Assembly (NCBI GenBank): GCA_002269645.1
Contig: NIVC01000102.1
Location: 143,950-207,949, forward strand
Origin: Macrostomum lignano
Taxonomy: Eukaryota
Direction: 5' to 3'
DNA: 64,000 nt
A program made the position numbers and the translations under genes. The notes beneath the pieces were generated by a model. The model saw nothing but the letters and a program-made list of their open reading frames with translations. It did not search any database and was not told the origin of the DNA. Of this stretch, positions 13,266 through 24,773 are shown in pieces (positions within the stretch are counted from its first letter, which is position 1; each line of letters opens with the position of its first letter).

Positions 13266-14526
13266 AGGTGGGGTACAGTGGGGAGGGGTAGAGTGAGAAG
13301 GAGAGGGGTAGAGTAAGGAGAGGATAGAGTTGGGAGAGGGTAGAGTGGGGAGAGGGTAGAGTGAGGAGAGGGTAGAGTGAGGAGAGGGTAGAGTGAGGAG
13401 AGGGTAGAGTGAGGAGAGGGGTAGAGTGAGGAGAGGGGTAGAGTGAGGAGAGGGGTAGACTGAGGAGAGGGGTAGAGTGAGGAGAGGGGTAGAGTGAGGA
13501 GAGGGGTAGAGTGAGGAGAGGGGTAGACTGAGGAGAGGGGTAGATTGAGGAGAGGGGTAGATTGAGGAGAGGGGTAGAGTGAGGAGAGGGGTAGAGTGAG
13601 GAGAGGGGTAGAGTGAGGAGAGGGTAGAGTGAGGAGAGGGGTAGAGTGAGGAGAGGGTAGAGTGAGGAGAGGGGTAGAGTGAGGAGAGGGTAGAGTGAGG
13701 AGAGGGGTAGAGTGAGGAGAGGGTAGAGTGAGGAGAGGGGTAGAGGGAGGAGAGGGGTAGAGTGAGGAGAGGGGTAGACTGAGGAGAGGGGTAGATTGAG
13801 GAGAGGGGTAGACTGAGGAGAGGGGTAGATTGAGGAGAGGGGTAGAGTGAGGAGAGGGGTAGAGTGAGGAGAGGGTAGAGTGAGGAGAGGGGTAGAGTGA
13901 GGAGAGGGTAGAGTGAGGAGAGGGGTAGAGTGAGGAGAGGGTAGAGTGAGGAGAGGGTAGAGTAGAGTGAGGAGAGGGTAGAGTGAGGAGAGGGGTAGAG
14001 GGAGGAGAGGGTAGAGTGAGGAGAGGGGTAGAGTGAGGAGAGGGTAGAGTGAGGAGAGGGGTAGAGTGAGGAGAGGGGTAGAGTGAGGAGAGGGGTAGAC
14101 TGAGGAGAGGGGTAGACTGAGGAGAGGGGTAGAGTGAGGAGAGGGGTAGACTGAGGAGAGGGGTAGACTGAGGAGAGGGGTAGACTGAGGAGAGGGGTAG
14201 AGTGAGGAGAGGGGTAGACTGAGGAGAGGGGTAGATTGAGGAGAGGGGTAGATTGAGGAGAGGGGTAGATTGAGGAGAGGGGTAGAGTGAGGAGAGGGGT
14301 AGACTGAGGAGAGGGGTAGAGTGAGGAGAGGGTAGAGTGAGGAGAGGGGTAGACTGAGGAGAGGGGTAGACTGAGGAGAGGGGTAGACTGAGGAGAGGGG
14401 TAGAGTGAGGAGAGGGGTAGACTGAGGAGAGGGGTAGAGTGAGGAGAGGGGTAGACTGAGGAGAGGGGTAGACTGAGGAGAGGGGTAGACTGAGGAGAGG
14501 GGTAGACTGAGGAGAGGGGTAGAGTG
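13266..14526. repeat. 16-17 bp purine-rich minisatellite (GAGTGAGGAGAGGGGTA)n
   Basis: Direct tandem repetition over ~1.26 kb with GAGT/GACT/GATT variants. Confidence 0.97.
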
Positions 14527-14778
14527 CTCCATCAAGAATCTGAATATTGGTTTTTATTGAGCTTGAAAATTCAAAATTTGCGCGATTTGGCTTCACTTTC
14601 AGCATGCCGCAGAAATCAAAATCTGACCGACATGTGCAGTTTGCAGAGCTCTCACAGGTTCTCGCGGCACCCGAACAGATCCTGATGAAGAGCTGCGGAG
14701 TCTGGCGACTCAGCTGGAGAATTTCTGACTTTGACTGCCACTTTGACTGTATTTTGAATGTAAAAATATAATGTCAAA

Positions 14779-14952
14779 ATAGCTGTGAGAATCGCCCCTA
14801 ATAGCTGTGAGAATCGCCCCTAATAGCTGTGAGAATCGCCCCTAATAGCTGTGAGAATCGCCCCTAATAGCTGTGGGAATCGCCCCTCATAGCTGTGAGA
14901 ATCGCCCCTAATAGCTGTGAGAATCGCCCCTAATAGCTGTGAGAATCGCCCA
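14779..14952. repeat. 22-bp tandem repeat (ATAGCTGTGAGAATCGCCCCTA), about 8 copies
   Basis: Read directly. Confidence 0.95.
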
Positions 14953-15439
14953 ATATCCAATTGCATTTCAATTCAAATCAGCCAATGCTGCTGATTTTGC
15001 ACTTTTATAAATCGGATAATTTTGTTCTGATCTGTGCTCAACTTGCACTTTTCCATGGCTGTTTGCCATCTTGATTGCAGTAAGCTTAATCTTTTATACT
15101 GACACTGCAGTATTTTGTGAAATGCATAAATTTTGTATTCAGTATTTTGCATATTTTGCATTTTGTATGCATTTTTGCATTGTTTTTATTGCATACAGTG
15201 AAAAGCTAAACCAGGAATCTACCTGCCAAAGGAATGAATTTTGTTTGCTTTGCTGACTAAAATTTTCTATCACAGTCATAGTCCTGGACTCCTGTGAATG
15301 TTGTTTATAGGGTGTATGTTGTTAAATGCTAAAATGTTGTGAACGGTTAAATTTATATAAATATAATAATAATACATAATCTATATCTGTGTCAATCTCT
15401 AGTAACATTAAATTAGCGTTTTTCTTATAAACCCAACTT

Positions 15440-15533
15440 TAGGCTGGAGTGAAAATAAGTAGGCTGGAGCGGAGTTGAGGCTGGAGCGGAGATAAGTAGG
15501 CTGGAGCGGAGATGAGTAGGGTGGAGCGGAGAT
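15440..15533. repeat. Short ~20-bp tandem repeat (AGTAGGCTGGAGCGGAGAT-like), about 5 copies
   Basis: Read directly. Confidence 0.85.
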
Positions 15534-15676
15534 TCCATACTCTCAGGGCATTTTATATATACATACATAACATTATGTACTGGCCACAGGAAGATTGGCC
15601 TGTGCCCTGTGTGGCATCAAACAATTTATGAAATGATTTTTCCCTATAACAGAATGTGGTTTATTAAATTACATAT

Positions 15677-15928
15677 TGTGGCGGCCCAATCAGCACGCAG
15701 CCAGCGATAGCGAGTACATCTGCACTGAAACCCCCTGCCCGCCAGGCTGGGGGGTGGGTGTACTCGGACAGCAGTCAGTATGCTAAGTCGGGGGGGTTGG
15801 CCTTCAATCGTGCCACCTTTTTGGCGCACCTCCCAATGTGATCGCGTGCTATTTATACTTAACGCGTAAAGCTAATAAACTTTTACTTTTTTCGCTTGCA
15901 ACTTACTTCGTTTTCGCAAGCCGCTAAA
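15677..15928 (+). repeat. 5' LTR (putative)
   Basis: Starts TGTGGCGG and ends CCGCTAAA (imperfect inverted match) immediately before the PBS; contains AATAAA. No second LTR is available to confirm the limits. Confidence 0.6.
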
Positions 15929-15929
15929 T

Positions 15930-15942
15930 TGGTGAGCCCGAC
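15930..15942 (+). promoter_or_regulatory. Primer-binding site resembling the complement of the tRNA-Trp 3' end
   Basis: TGGTGAGCCCGAC versus TGGTGACCCCGAC expected for tRNA-Trp (one mismatch); lies between the LTR and the gag ATG. Confidence 0.7.
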
Positions 15943-15958
15943 ATAGCTATTTCGTGCA

Positions 15959-16682
15959 ATGGCTTCCAACACAGAGGCAGCTGTCTCTCTCAAACTGCCC
16001 ACGTTTTGGGCAGCTCAACCCCGCGCATGGTTCATTCAAGCCGAAGCCCAGTTTTCTCTGCGCGGAATCACGCAAGATGCGACCAAGTACAACTACTTGG
16101 TGGCAGCGCTCGACCAGCAAACGGCTGAACGCCTCCTCGACATTTTAGAGGCTCCCCCCAGCGGAGGGCAAGTACGAGACGCTGAAGCAACGTTTCAAAG
16201 GCACCTTCGACTTGACGATGCAGCAGAGGGCCAGTCGCCTGCTCAACATGACCGGCCTCGGTGATCGGCGGCCCTCAGAACTCATGGATGAGATGCTCGC
16301 CTTGCTGGGAGACCACCCACCGTGCCTGCTCTTCGAAGAGCTGTTCCGCCAGCAGCTGCCGCCGGACGTGCGAATGGCCATGGCAACCGCCGACTTCGCG
16401 GAGCCTCGGCAAGGAGCGCAGCTCGCCGACAGGCTGTGGGCCAGCAGGCCGCAGCTCACCGCTGCCTCCGTCCAGCAGCCAGCGGTGGCGACCTCCCCAC
16501 CGCCTGACCAGCCGGCAGTGGCTTCGGCCAGCAGGTGCGGCCACCCGGCCCGGCAGCATCGGCCCCCACAGCGCGGTCCGGACAGCGGGCTGTGCTTTTA
16601 TCATCGCCGGTTCGGCGCCAAGGCCCATCGCTGCGAGGCACCCTGCAGCTTCCAGGGAAACGGGCAGGCCGGCCGTCAGTGA
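15959..16682 (+). pseudogene. gag: Gag with one frameshift (apparent extra C in the C-run at ~16154-16159)
   Basis: N-terminus AVSLKLPTFWAAQPRAWFIQAEAQF; removing one C joins it to EGKYETLKQRF...MQQRASRLL and the CFYHRRFGAKAHRCEAPC knuckle. Confidence 0.8.
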
Positions 16683-16722
16683 ACAGCTCGACGGCCGGCA
16701 ACAACAGCAGCCTGCTGCTCAT
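16655..16722 (+). promoter_or_regulatory. -1 programmed ribosomal frameshift signal
   Basis: Slippery heptamer G GGA AAC (16655-16661) phased to gag codons, 6-nt spacer, and a perfect 10-bp stem GCCGGCCGTC (16668-16677)/GACGGCCGGC (16690-16699); pol lies in the -1 frame. Confidence 0.75.
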
Positions 16723-17095
16723 TCCCGATGTGCTGACGGGCTGGCGCTTCCTGGTCGACACGGGCGCCGAGGTCAGCATCTTCCCTGTCACTGGCACCGA
16801 TGCACGCCTGCGGTCCCCTGGCCCGCCGCTTTACGCAGCCAATGGCAGCCTGATCCGCACCTTCGGCTCCCGGCAGCTCACGCTCGACCTCGGCATCAAG
16901 CGCTGCTCCTGGCCGTTCGTCTTGGCCGAAGTCTCGCGCCCGCTGATCGGCGCGGACTTCCTCCGCCACCACGGCCTGCTGGTGGACCTGCCGCGCCGGC
17001 GGCTCCTGGACGCTCGCTCCCTCGCCAGCGTGCACCTACCAGCGTGCACCATGGACGGCATTTCGCATGTTGAACTCGTCCTCGTGCTGCATTGA
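16655..17095 (+). pseudogene. Truncated pol: retroviral-type aspartic protease only
   Basis: FLVDTGAEVSIFP, LYAANGS and LIGADFL motifs; homology is lost after about 17045. Confidence 0.8.
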
Positions 17096-17254
17096 GCGAC
17101 CCCTAAATTAGTTTTGATTAACTTCATATTTTAGGAATTTGAGTTTTCTGCTGTTGGGAATAGAAATAAGGGCCGTCCGATTTGAAATTCAAACCTTTGC
17201 GAAATAAGAACCACCCTAATGCACAAGCACAAGCTCTTTGTAAGAATAGCTTCC

Positions 17255-17665
17255 GTCTTACGCCGGCCGGACAAATTTTCATTGAATTTTCAATTGTACG
17301 CCAACAAATCTTAATTGTACGCCAACTTTCCTAATGTGCGCCAACAAAAACTATGTGCTACTGGCCTATTGCAAATTTATTGTGATTAAGCCACAAAAAA
17401 GTAGGTTGTATTTTAAATTTGTTTAATTTAGTTTATAAATTTAAATTACAAATCATTGATAACGACATGACGATTGTCGTGACGATTCCGGTAATTGAAA
17501 TGATTAGTAAATGAGAAAATAGTAGCAGAAAAATTGTTTGTGAAATAGCTTAACACAAAAAATGCAAAAAAATGCAAAAATGAAAAATTCTTTATATTAA
17601 TTTGCACGCCAGTCGTGTATGCCACACTTATGTACGCCACACTATACACAGCCAAGAAATGTAAA
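17255..17665 (+). repeat. Dispersed repeat, copy 1 (TGTACGCCAAC motifs)
   Basis: Collinear similarity to 63040-63335, e.g. GAATTTTCAATTGTA(C/T)GCCAACAAAT and TTAGTAAATGAGAAAATAGTA. Confidence 0.75.
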
Positions 17666-17784
17666 TGTAAAATGTAAAACACAATGGGCACATTTGCATA
17701 ATGGAGTGAAAATTTCATTGTCTCACTGCTATCTACTGATAACTAATCCATGGCATAAGTTATATTCAGCATCATTACTGCATA

Positions 17785-18279
17785 CCCGCCTGACAAATTT
17801 ACGTAAATTTACGAAAAAATTACGAAAAAAAATCGGCTTTTTCCCAATATGTCACGAAGGATTACGTAAATATTCTTCCTTCTTTACGTAAATTTTACGA
17901 ATTGCGGATTTTTTTCTTTGTAACCACAACTTTAGTGGGAAACAAGACAAAATCCTACTATTCCCTGATTACTGTAAATACATTTTCTTTTGATAGTTTA
18001 GCACATGACCCCGAAAAAAGCGTTTCGTAATTTTTTAACCTAATTTTTCCGGATTTTTTCGGAAATTAATAACGTGTATTTTACGTTTAAACAAATCGGA
18101 TTTTTTACGGAGCTTTAGCGAGCAATCAAAAAAGAGGCTTCAATTTATTATACTTTTGTCTGTAAATGAAACCAAATGAAACCCTTTTTGACCAATGAGA
18201 CCCCAAAAAACAAAAGTTTTTTTTCGTGAAAAAATTAATTTAACTTTTACATATTGCTTACGTGAAATTGTCAGGCGGG
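17785..18279. mobile_element. MITE (~495 bp)
   Basis: TIRs CCCGCCTGACAA / TTGTCAGGCGGG; flanking ATA direct repeat (17782-17784, 18280-18282); AT-rich non-coding interior. Superfamily not assigned. Confidence 0.8.
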
Positions 18280-18958
18280 ATATGATCTTAATTGCAATCG
18301 CCTAGGCGACACCTAGGCGACAATTAATGAAGGAAAAATAATCGTGTATAATTTTAGCCATTCCTCATTTACAATGGTATTATTCAATGCATAATAGCTT
18401 TCCCTTTTAACTGAGTTTGTTTTATCTATAGGTGCGTTTTCAAAGTCCTTTCCAAGAAATGTTCGTTAGTTTTAGGGGGCGGCCTCAAAAGCAATGGGAC
18501 TTAGGGAAAACGAGAAAAGGGATTTTCTCGTTGCCCACTTACAGGTCCTTCCCAATGTCCGAGAAAGGGATTCACCAAAATATGCCCATGCAAAGAAAAA
18601 TTACAAAATTAAAAAATGTCAAGTGGTAGCCCCACCCATGTCCAATTAATTTAACAACATTTTCCGACCATTTTAACACACTTACTTATGCGGCCATTAT
18701 TTCACATTTATTAACTTTCACAAGCATTTTAAGTAATGATGGGTTCGGCCTTTAAAAAGCCTGTGGCTTCGGGCCTCAGAACTCAGAAATGAATCACTGA
18801 GAGCTCTGGCCTCTCACTCCTGTCAGATGGTCAGCCCCATGGTAGCTAGATTGTGGGCGAAAGCAGCAAGCTAGCTAAGAGAAGATTGATCGACTGAGAA
18901 CCGTCTTGCCATTGGGTCATCCCCGCAGAGAGCCCCACCTCAACCCCAAGCCGCCGAC

Positions 18959-19814
18959 ATGGCAGCCCAATTAGCGCAAGCCCTTGCAGCTATCGGATTG
19001 GGCAGAGAGACACAGAGTGTCAAGATTAGCGTTGAGAAATTCAACCCAGCAGAATCCTGCTACCCTCAGTGGGTTGACAGAGTCAAATACAAACTCGGGT
19101 CTGAAGAGATTAGGGACAGAGAGCAGAAGAAGAGCACAGTAATCTCGCTCCTCCCCCCAGATCTGCAGAGTCTTGCTATTGCCCTCCATCCCGGCCTTGA
19201 CTTTGAGGAGTTTATAGAAAGGTTAGGTCGCCAGGTAGGAGAGGCCAGTTCAGAACTAGCGAAGAGGAACAAAGTCCGTAATCTAAAACAGAAGGCAGGT
19301 CAGAATCACCACGCCTATTCGGCCATGGTGCGTAGTGATAGCTTCTGCTTACCCCGACATGAGTCCTAGACAGTTAGAGTCGGAGGTGATCTTTGCCTAC
19401 TTGGAAACAGCTGACATCGCCCCAGATGTGCGAAAGTCGCTGCTAGGGCAACAGTTTCGCAGCATTGATGAAGTGCTGGCGGCACAGCAGAATCTCCAAG
19501 AGGCAGATGAGATTTCCCGGCGCTTAGCGCGAGACCAGCCCAGATATGATCAGCGTAGGGACGATAGAAGCAGAGATCAAAATCGCCCCAGCGACAGAGA
19601 ATATCAACGCAGGTGGGTCCGCATGCTGGAGTCGGAGGAAGGAAGGGAAGTAGAAGAGGCATTGGCAGATTTACAGCAGCGCCAAAACAGCCTTGATGAA
19701 ACCGTCGGCAAGATTTACGGCGCTATGAGTCAGGTAGCGGAGAGGATTGATCAGGCCATGATAAGCCATTCGGATCATTGGGAGGGAGACCTCACCGTTG
19801 GTAGAAGATACTGA
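18959..19814 (+). pseudogene. Degenerate retrotransposon gag-like region (frameshift near 19330)
   Basis: Two overlapping ORFs give a capsid-like helical protein with LKQKAGQNHHAY (resembling a major homology region), upstream of a protease. Confidence 0.5.
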
Positions 19815-20199
19815 GCGAGCTAGCCAACTCGTCTCAAAATCTGTCAGCGAAGCCCGCGCTATTGAGGCAGAACGCGATTTATGGTGACTCGGCCAAGCAG
19901 ACTGAAAGAACTGAGGTTTACCGGCCCCCGCAGTGGCGCAACAGTGCACGCGCGCGCCCGCCTCCCCTGCATGCTCCTATACCCAGGGAGAGAGCAGTAT
20001 GGGAGAAGAGAGTTTGAGGCCCCCGCCAACCCCGGCGCCTGGAGCGCAGAAACAGCGGCCCTCTTTCTATCTCCCGCCTGGGTCGGAAAACTGAGGGTAG
20101 GGATGGGTGGCGCCCACACTCACCCCTCTTCTGGACTTTCAAGGGCAAATCTAGTGGGTGATGGCAGAAGGAAAGTGAATCGTGTACCCGAATTCATTG

Positions 20200-20595
20200 T
20201 CCCCAGGAAGTCTGTGCCAATTAAGAGCTCTCGGGCTGATGTATATGTGAAGATTCAAGTGGAGAGATTGCCAATCCGAATCCTAATCGATTCTGGATCG
20301 GCAGTTTCTATCTTGCCTTTCAGAGACTTTGTGGCGGCCACTAATGATGACATGGACAGATTGGAAGCCCCTACAGTCTCTATATTCCTATAGCGGGCAT
20401 AGACTGGAGATTGTGGGTCAATCTAAACTGACAGTCATCCTAGGCAATGAGACCATGCCGGTCATGTTTCTGATTGCCAGTGATCACGGCACAAGGCCTT
20501 TGTTGGGCAATTCCTTCCTCGCAGCAGCGCCTGCTGTGTTGGATTATCACACTAGAAATCTGTTAGTGTTGGGGCAAATGCTCCCTTTCTGTTGA
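20200..20595 (+). pseudogene. Retropepsin-like aspartic protease (frameshift near 20390)
   Basis: ILIDSGSAVSILP in one frame and RPLLGNSFL in the next; ends LPFC-stop with no RT downstream. Confidence 0.7.
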
Positions 20596-21737
20596 CTTCC
20601 TTGGAACTCCAAGAGTCGAGGGCCCGATCCCCGCCGCCGTTCTGCAATCGGCGGCCGCCGATCATAACCGCCGATCATAACTGTCATAACCAGGTTAAAA
20701 TAAACTTAAGTTTAGTTTAAACTTTCCTCCTAAAAATATTCAACAAACAAGCAATCTCTTGTCAAGACTCAAAACCAGTCAAACCGCTTTTAATGGTTCA
20801 GTTTTGGTGCTAAAGTTTGTATCGATGTCTTTTTCAATGCTACTTGAGTTTCGCGGATGACGTAACAAAAGTTTCCTTTGTGTGTCCTTTATTGCAAAAT
20901 TAAAAAATAAAATTTAAAACTCTCCTTGAGCTGACTTGCCCGAACTAAATTCTACTTCCTGAGTACAATTTAGTCCAAAAATGTTATCTTAAAATCTTCA
21001 AACTCAACCTGGTGGTTATGCATTAATTGACTTTTTACTTTCCCTTTTTATAGCATTGTTTTAGCTTCACTTCAATTCTCGACGAGTGCCTGTACTGGCT
21101 TGTACACCATGATAGTTAAGACACAGTGCAATAGTCGCTCATCACCGCTCAGAAGCCTATAGTAGGTGATTCTGGTCATGCGACTTGGTCATTAGCGCAA
21201 CTGCATTTATAAAGTACACACTTGTAATTAGTGCCTTGTGGCGCCAAAATAACTAGGTGTATTTGGCGCTAAAATGGTGCCTGCGGTGCTAAAATGACTG
21301 GGACACCGCCAATTCTGAAAATACATTTAGGAATTTCATCGTGCACATGTAGGTTCATTGGCTTTGTCTCCCACTGTAAAATGTATGGCGACTCTCCTGC
21401 GCTAAAATGATAGCATATCGCAGATACAGGTATACAAGGTATAACGATAGTAAAAGTTTCAACCAAGCATCTGCATATTGAGGTACTGCTGAGTTCTTGC
21501 CAAGCAAAACGTTCATCAAGTGTAGCCATTGCGACTCCGTTGCCAAGCGACGCGGCCTGCTTACAGGTGGGCGCGGCTGTTGCAGATCGATTGATCTGAT
21601 AGCGTAGATAGATAGATGATAATTAAATATAGAGGAGAGGAGATACAAAGCGTGTACACTCACGTAAGCGAGAGGCGTCGGGACGTGCACTTGGCTGGTG
21701 TGCAACAAGTACGCTCGTATGTACATGTACATGTACG

Positions 21738-22536
21738 CAGTGGCGTCGCCAACGGGGGGGACAGGGGGGACATGTCCCCTCCAGTAAAAGATCTGGGGGG
21801 ACATGCCAATGCTTTGTCCCCCCCCCCCCCCCCCCCCCGTGGCCCATTGTGAAAATCAATACTTTTTGCTGCATGGTGACAAAATAGCGCCTGCGGCGCT
21901 AAAATGAGTGTCTGCGGCGCTAAAATGAGTGTCTGCGGCGCTAAAATGAGTGTCTGCGGCGCTAAAATGAGTGTCTGCGGCGCTAAAATGAGTGCCTGCG
22001 GGGCTAAAATGAGTGCCTGCGGCGCTAAAATGAGTGCCTGCGGCGCTAAAATGAGTGCCTGCGGGGCTAAAATGAGTGCCTGCGGGGCTAAAATGAGTGC
22101 CTGTGGGGCTTAAAATGAGTGCCTGCGGGGCTAAAATGAGTGCCTGTGGGGCTTAAAATGAGTGCCTGCGGGGCTAAAATGAGTGCCTGCGGGGCTAAAA
22201 TGAGTGCCTGTGGGGCTTAAAATGAGTTGCCTGCAGCGCTAAAATGAGTGCCTGCGGGGCTAAAATGAGTGCCTGTGGGGCTTAAAATGAGTTGCCTGCA
22301 GCGCTAAAATGAGTGCCTGCGGGGCTAAAATGAGTGCCTGCGGGGCTAAAATGAGTGCCTGCGGGGCTAAAATGAGTGCCCTCGGGGCTAAAATGGTGTC
22401 TGCGGCGCTAAAATGAGTGCTGACAACACCGATTCTGAAAATAATGTATGTGTAGAAATTTCGCCGTGTACATGTAATTTAGAATTCTTGCAGGCTTTGT
22501 CCCCCCCCCACCATAAAATCCATGGCGACGCGCCTG
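21738..22536. mobile_element. hAT-like MITE containing a 21-bp tandem array
   Basis: TIRs CAGTGGCGTCGCCA / TGGCGACGCGCCTG; 8-bp flanks CATGTACG and CCTGTACG (7/8 match, TSD-like). Confidence 0.75.
21881..22420. repeat. 21-bp tandem array (GCTAAAATGAGTG(T/C)CTGCGG(C/G))
   Basis: About 25 copies read directly; diverged copies also near 21235-21410. Confidence 0.95.
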
Positions 22537-23239
22537 CCTGTACGTACCGACTTATCGATTTGGCGCCTGGGGCACTCATTCATTTTGGCGCGGCAGGCAC
22601 TCATGATAACTATATAGGCAGTTATATTAGATTACATGTATTTTCGAAATTTCTCAAATCGCTAGTCTAGATAGGGGATCAATTGGCAAGGAGTCTAGAT
22701 GCATGGAGAATCAAAGGGCGAGGATCGAGTCTAGATAGGGAATCTAGATATACCTACCTAGAGATAGGTAGGGAATCTATTGACCAGGATTCTAGATAGG
22801 GGATAAAGTTGCGGGTTGGCAGGCGGTGGATCCGAGGGATGCCAATGCAAGATGCCACTTAAATGAGGCCGTTCCTCTACCTCAGGTAAGTGCAAATTAG
22901 ATGAATTAGCAAAGCAGCTGCTATAAAATATTTTAATGTCCAACAAAAGAATCGTCGTGTACACCATGAAATTATTTGTCATGTCAATCATAGAAAATCG
23001 CCATTTTCAGTTGACTCTGCTGTGATTGGAATACAATCGTACCAAGAGTGTCCAACTTAAGAAGTTTTTACTCATTGGTCTAGTATATTGTAGAGAATAA
23101 ACATCGTACATGTGCATTATATAGCGGCAGTATCTGAAAAAAATATTTTGTAAATTCTGCATTGTCAAATATGTGCCGCTATATCACAGTCAAAACGAAA
23201 CAGCATTTGCACACCTTTTTGTAGCTAAATCAGTTTAAA

Positions 23240-23900
23240 CAGAGATATAAAAACAGACAGAATCAGGAAAAGTCCATCAGTCTTCAGGCCTTCAAGAGGC
23301 GACCGCAACCTCGACCTAATCGTATTGATTTTATTTGCAAAAAAAATCAGCTCATCACTGTCATCAGTTTGTGAAACTTTCGCAGCGTGCTGTCGAAGTA
23401 CAGGATCGCCAGTCGCAGCATTCAGAGGCAGCATTCAGCACGACCCAACAGATAAAAAAAACTGGCGAATGCGCCTCTTCAAGGTCCAGGATGTATCCGA
23501 TGGCAGAGTGCAGCCAAGTCGACCGCTGGAAGCTGCGCCAGTCACGCTTCCACAGTCCATGGATGCACGACAGTGCTGTACTTGCCTTAACCATCGAGAG
23601 TTGCTGCTGCAGCCACTTGATTCGCCTGTCGCTTTCAGGATCGCCGCTGCAGCCGCTTGATCGTTGCCTCCCACGCTTGGAATCCGCAAATCAGCTGCAG
23701 AGGTGAGAGCTCTCAGCCGCAACACCTGCTCTCGGCGCAGAACCTGGTAGCTGAAGGTTGCTCTGCCACAGCACTGGCAGCAGGCAAGTCGCAGGCTCGG
23801 CTGCAGATAGATCTTTAATTGGCTCCAGCACTGGGGGCTACATGTCGTCCGCCTCTTCATCAGTTCTCTGCACAGATTGTAGTGGGTCTATTCGAACGAG
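23240..23900 (-). pseudogene. Possible highly degraded hAT-type transposase C-terminal remnant (also in copies 2 and 3)
   Basis: Broken-frame peptides PVLEPIKDLSAAEPATCLLPVL and CTSTARCESF...TIRSRLRS loosely resemble hAT catalytic and dimerisation segments; judged by eye only. Confidence 0.25.
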
Positions 23901-24773
23901 CTGAGGCAGCATCAGCTCTTGATGCGGGATGGCGTCCCAGCAAAGGCGGATGTTTTGTCCGTAGCGCTTTGTTTTAGGAGGCCTCGTCCGTAAAGTGCAA
24001 GCTCACACATGTAGGCCCCGTAATTTAATTTTTAGGGTCAATATCCGGTTCCAGTAGGCAGTAGCTGCTACCAGCGCTTCGCCAGTGTCATCTTTCGGTA
24101 ATTTGCGCATTCGCAACGGATTTCCTTTCTCGGATGCTGATAGCACATAGTACAGAGCTCGTGCAAGTGGTAGCACGCAGCAGTGGTTCGAATGACCGAA
24201 TCAAAAGACATTTCTACGAGTACAAGATAGAAAAGCCAGTAACGCGCTAACTTTCATCAACTCTGACTCCTGTCCTGTTTATCCTGTTTATTAGGCTTGT
24301 ACTTAAAGCACGATTTTTTAGAGGCAGGGGGGTTGTGTGCACCTTGGCGCACTTTAAGCGTCATTGGCACACAACCGGCGAGAGGCATTACTGCCCATTC
24401 CGCCGACTCCCGCCACCGCCGCCGACATCTCCGCCACCGCCGCCGACATCCCCGCCGCCGCCGCCGCCGCTGACGCAGAAGGAGAAGCGACGCCTGCAAA
24501 CGCAGCCGGCGAGGGAGGCCCGGGCTGCCAAGCGGAAGCGCAAGGTAAACCCGCAACTTAAATACGCGCTGTGCAACTACGAGTTGTTTTCTGGCATTCT
24601 CGCAGGTCTCTGGGGAGGGGGGGGCAACGCGTGCCTTGCGGAAAGTCCATACTTGTCAGTCTCTCCGATTGGCTCAGGGTACCGGACTTTCGAAAAAAAA
24701 CGCAAAATACAAACCCATTGGTCATTATGAGTGATTCAACCCGGCACCTTGAAACTGACATATTCAGTTTGTA

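Larger units (their letters stand above)
15677..17050 (+). mobile_element. 3'-truncated Ty3/gypsy LTR retrotransposon, CsRn1-like clade
   Basis: LTR-like segment followed by a PBS, gag with a CHCC zinc knuckle (CFYH-x9-C-x3-C), and protease in the -1 frame; no RT, integrase or 3' LTR. Confidence 0.85.

Noticed and set aside
13240-14605. 431-aa and 449-aa ORFs
   Set aside because: Stop-free translations of a 17-bp minisatellite; no coding features.
24335-24560. Pro-rich, NLS-like ORF
   Set aside because: Driven by CCG repeats, frame differs between duplicate copies, and no domain is evident.
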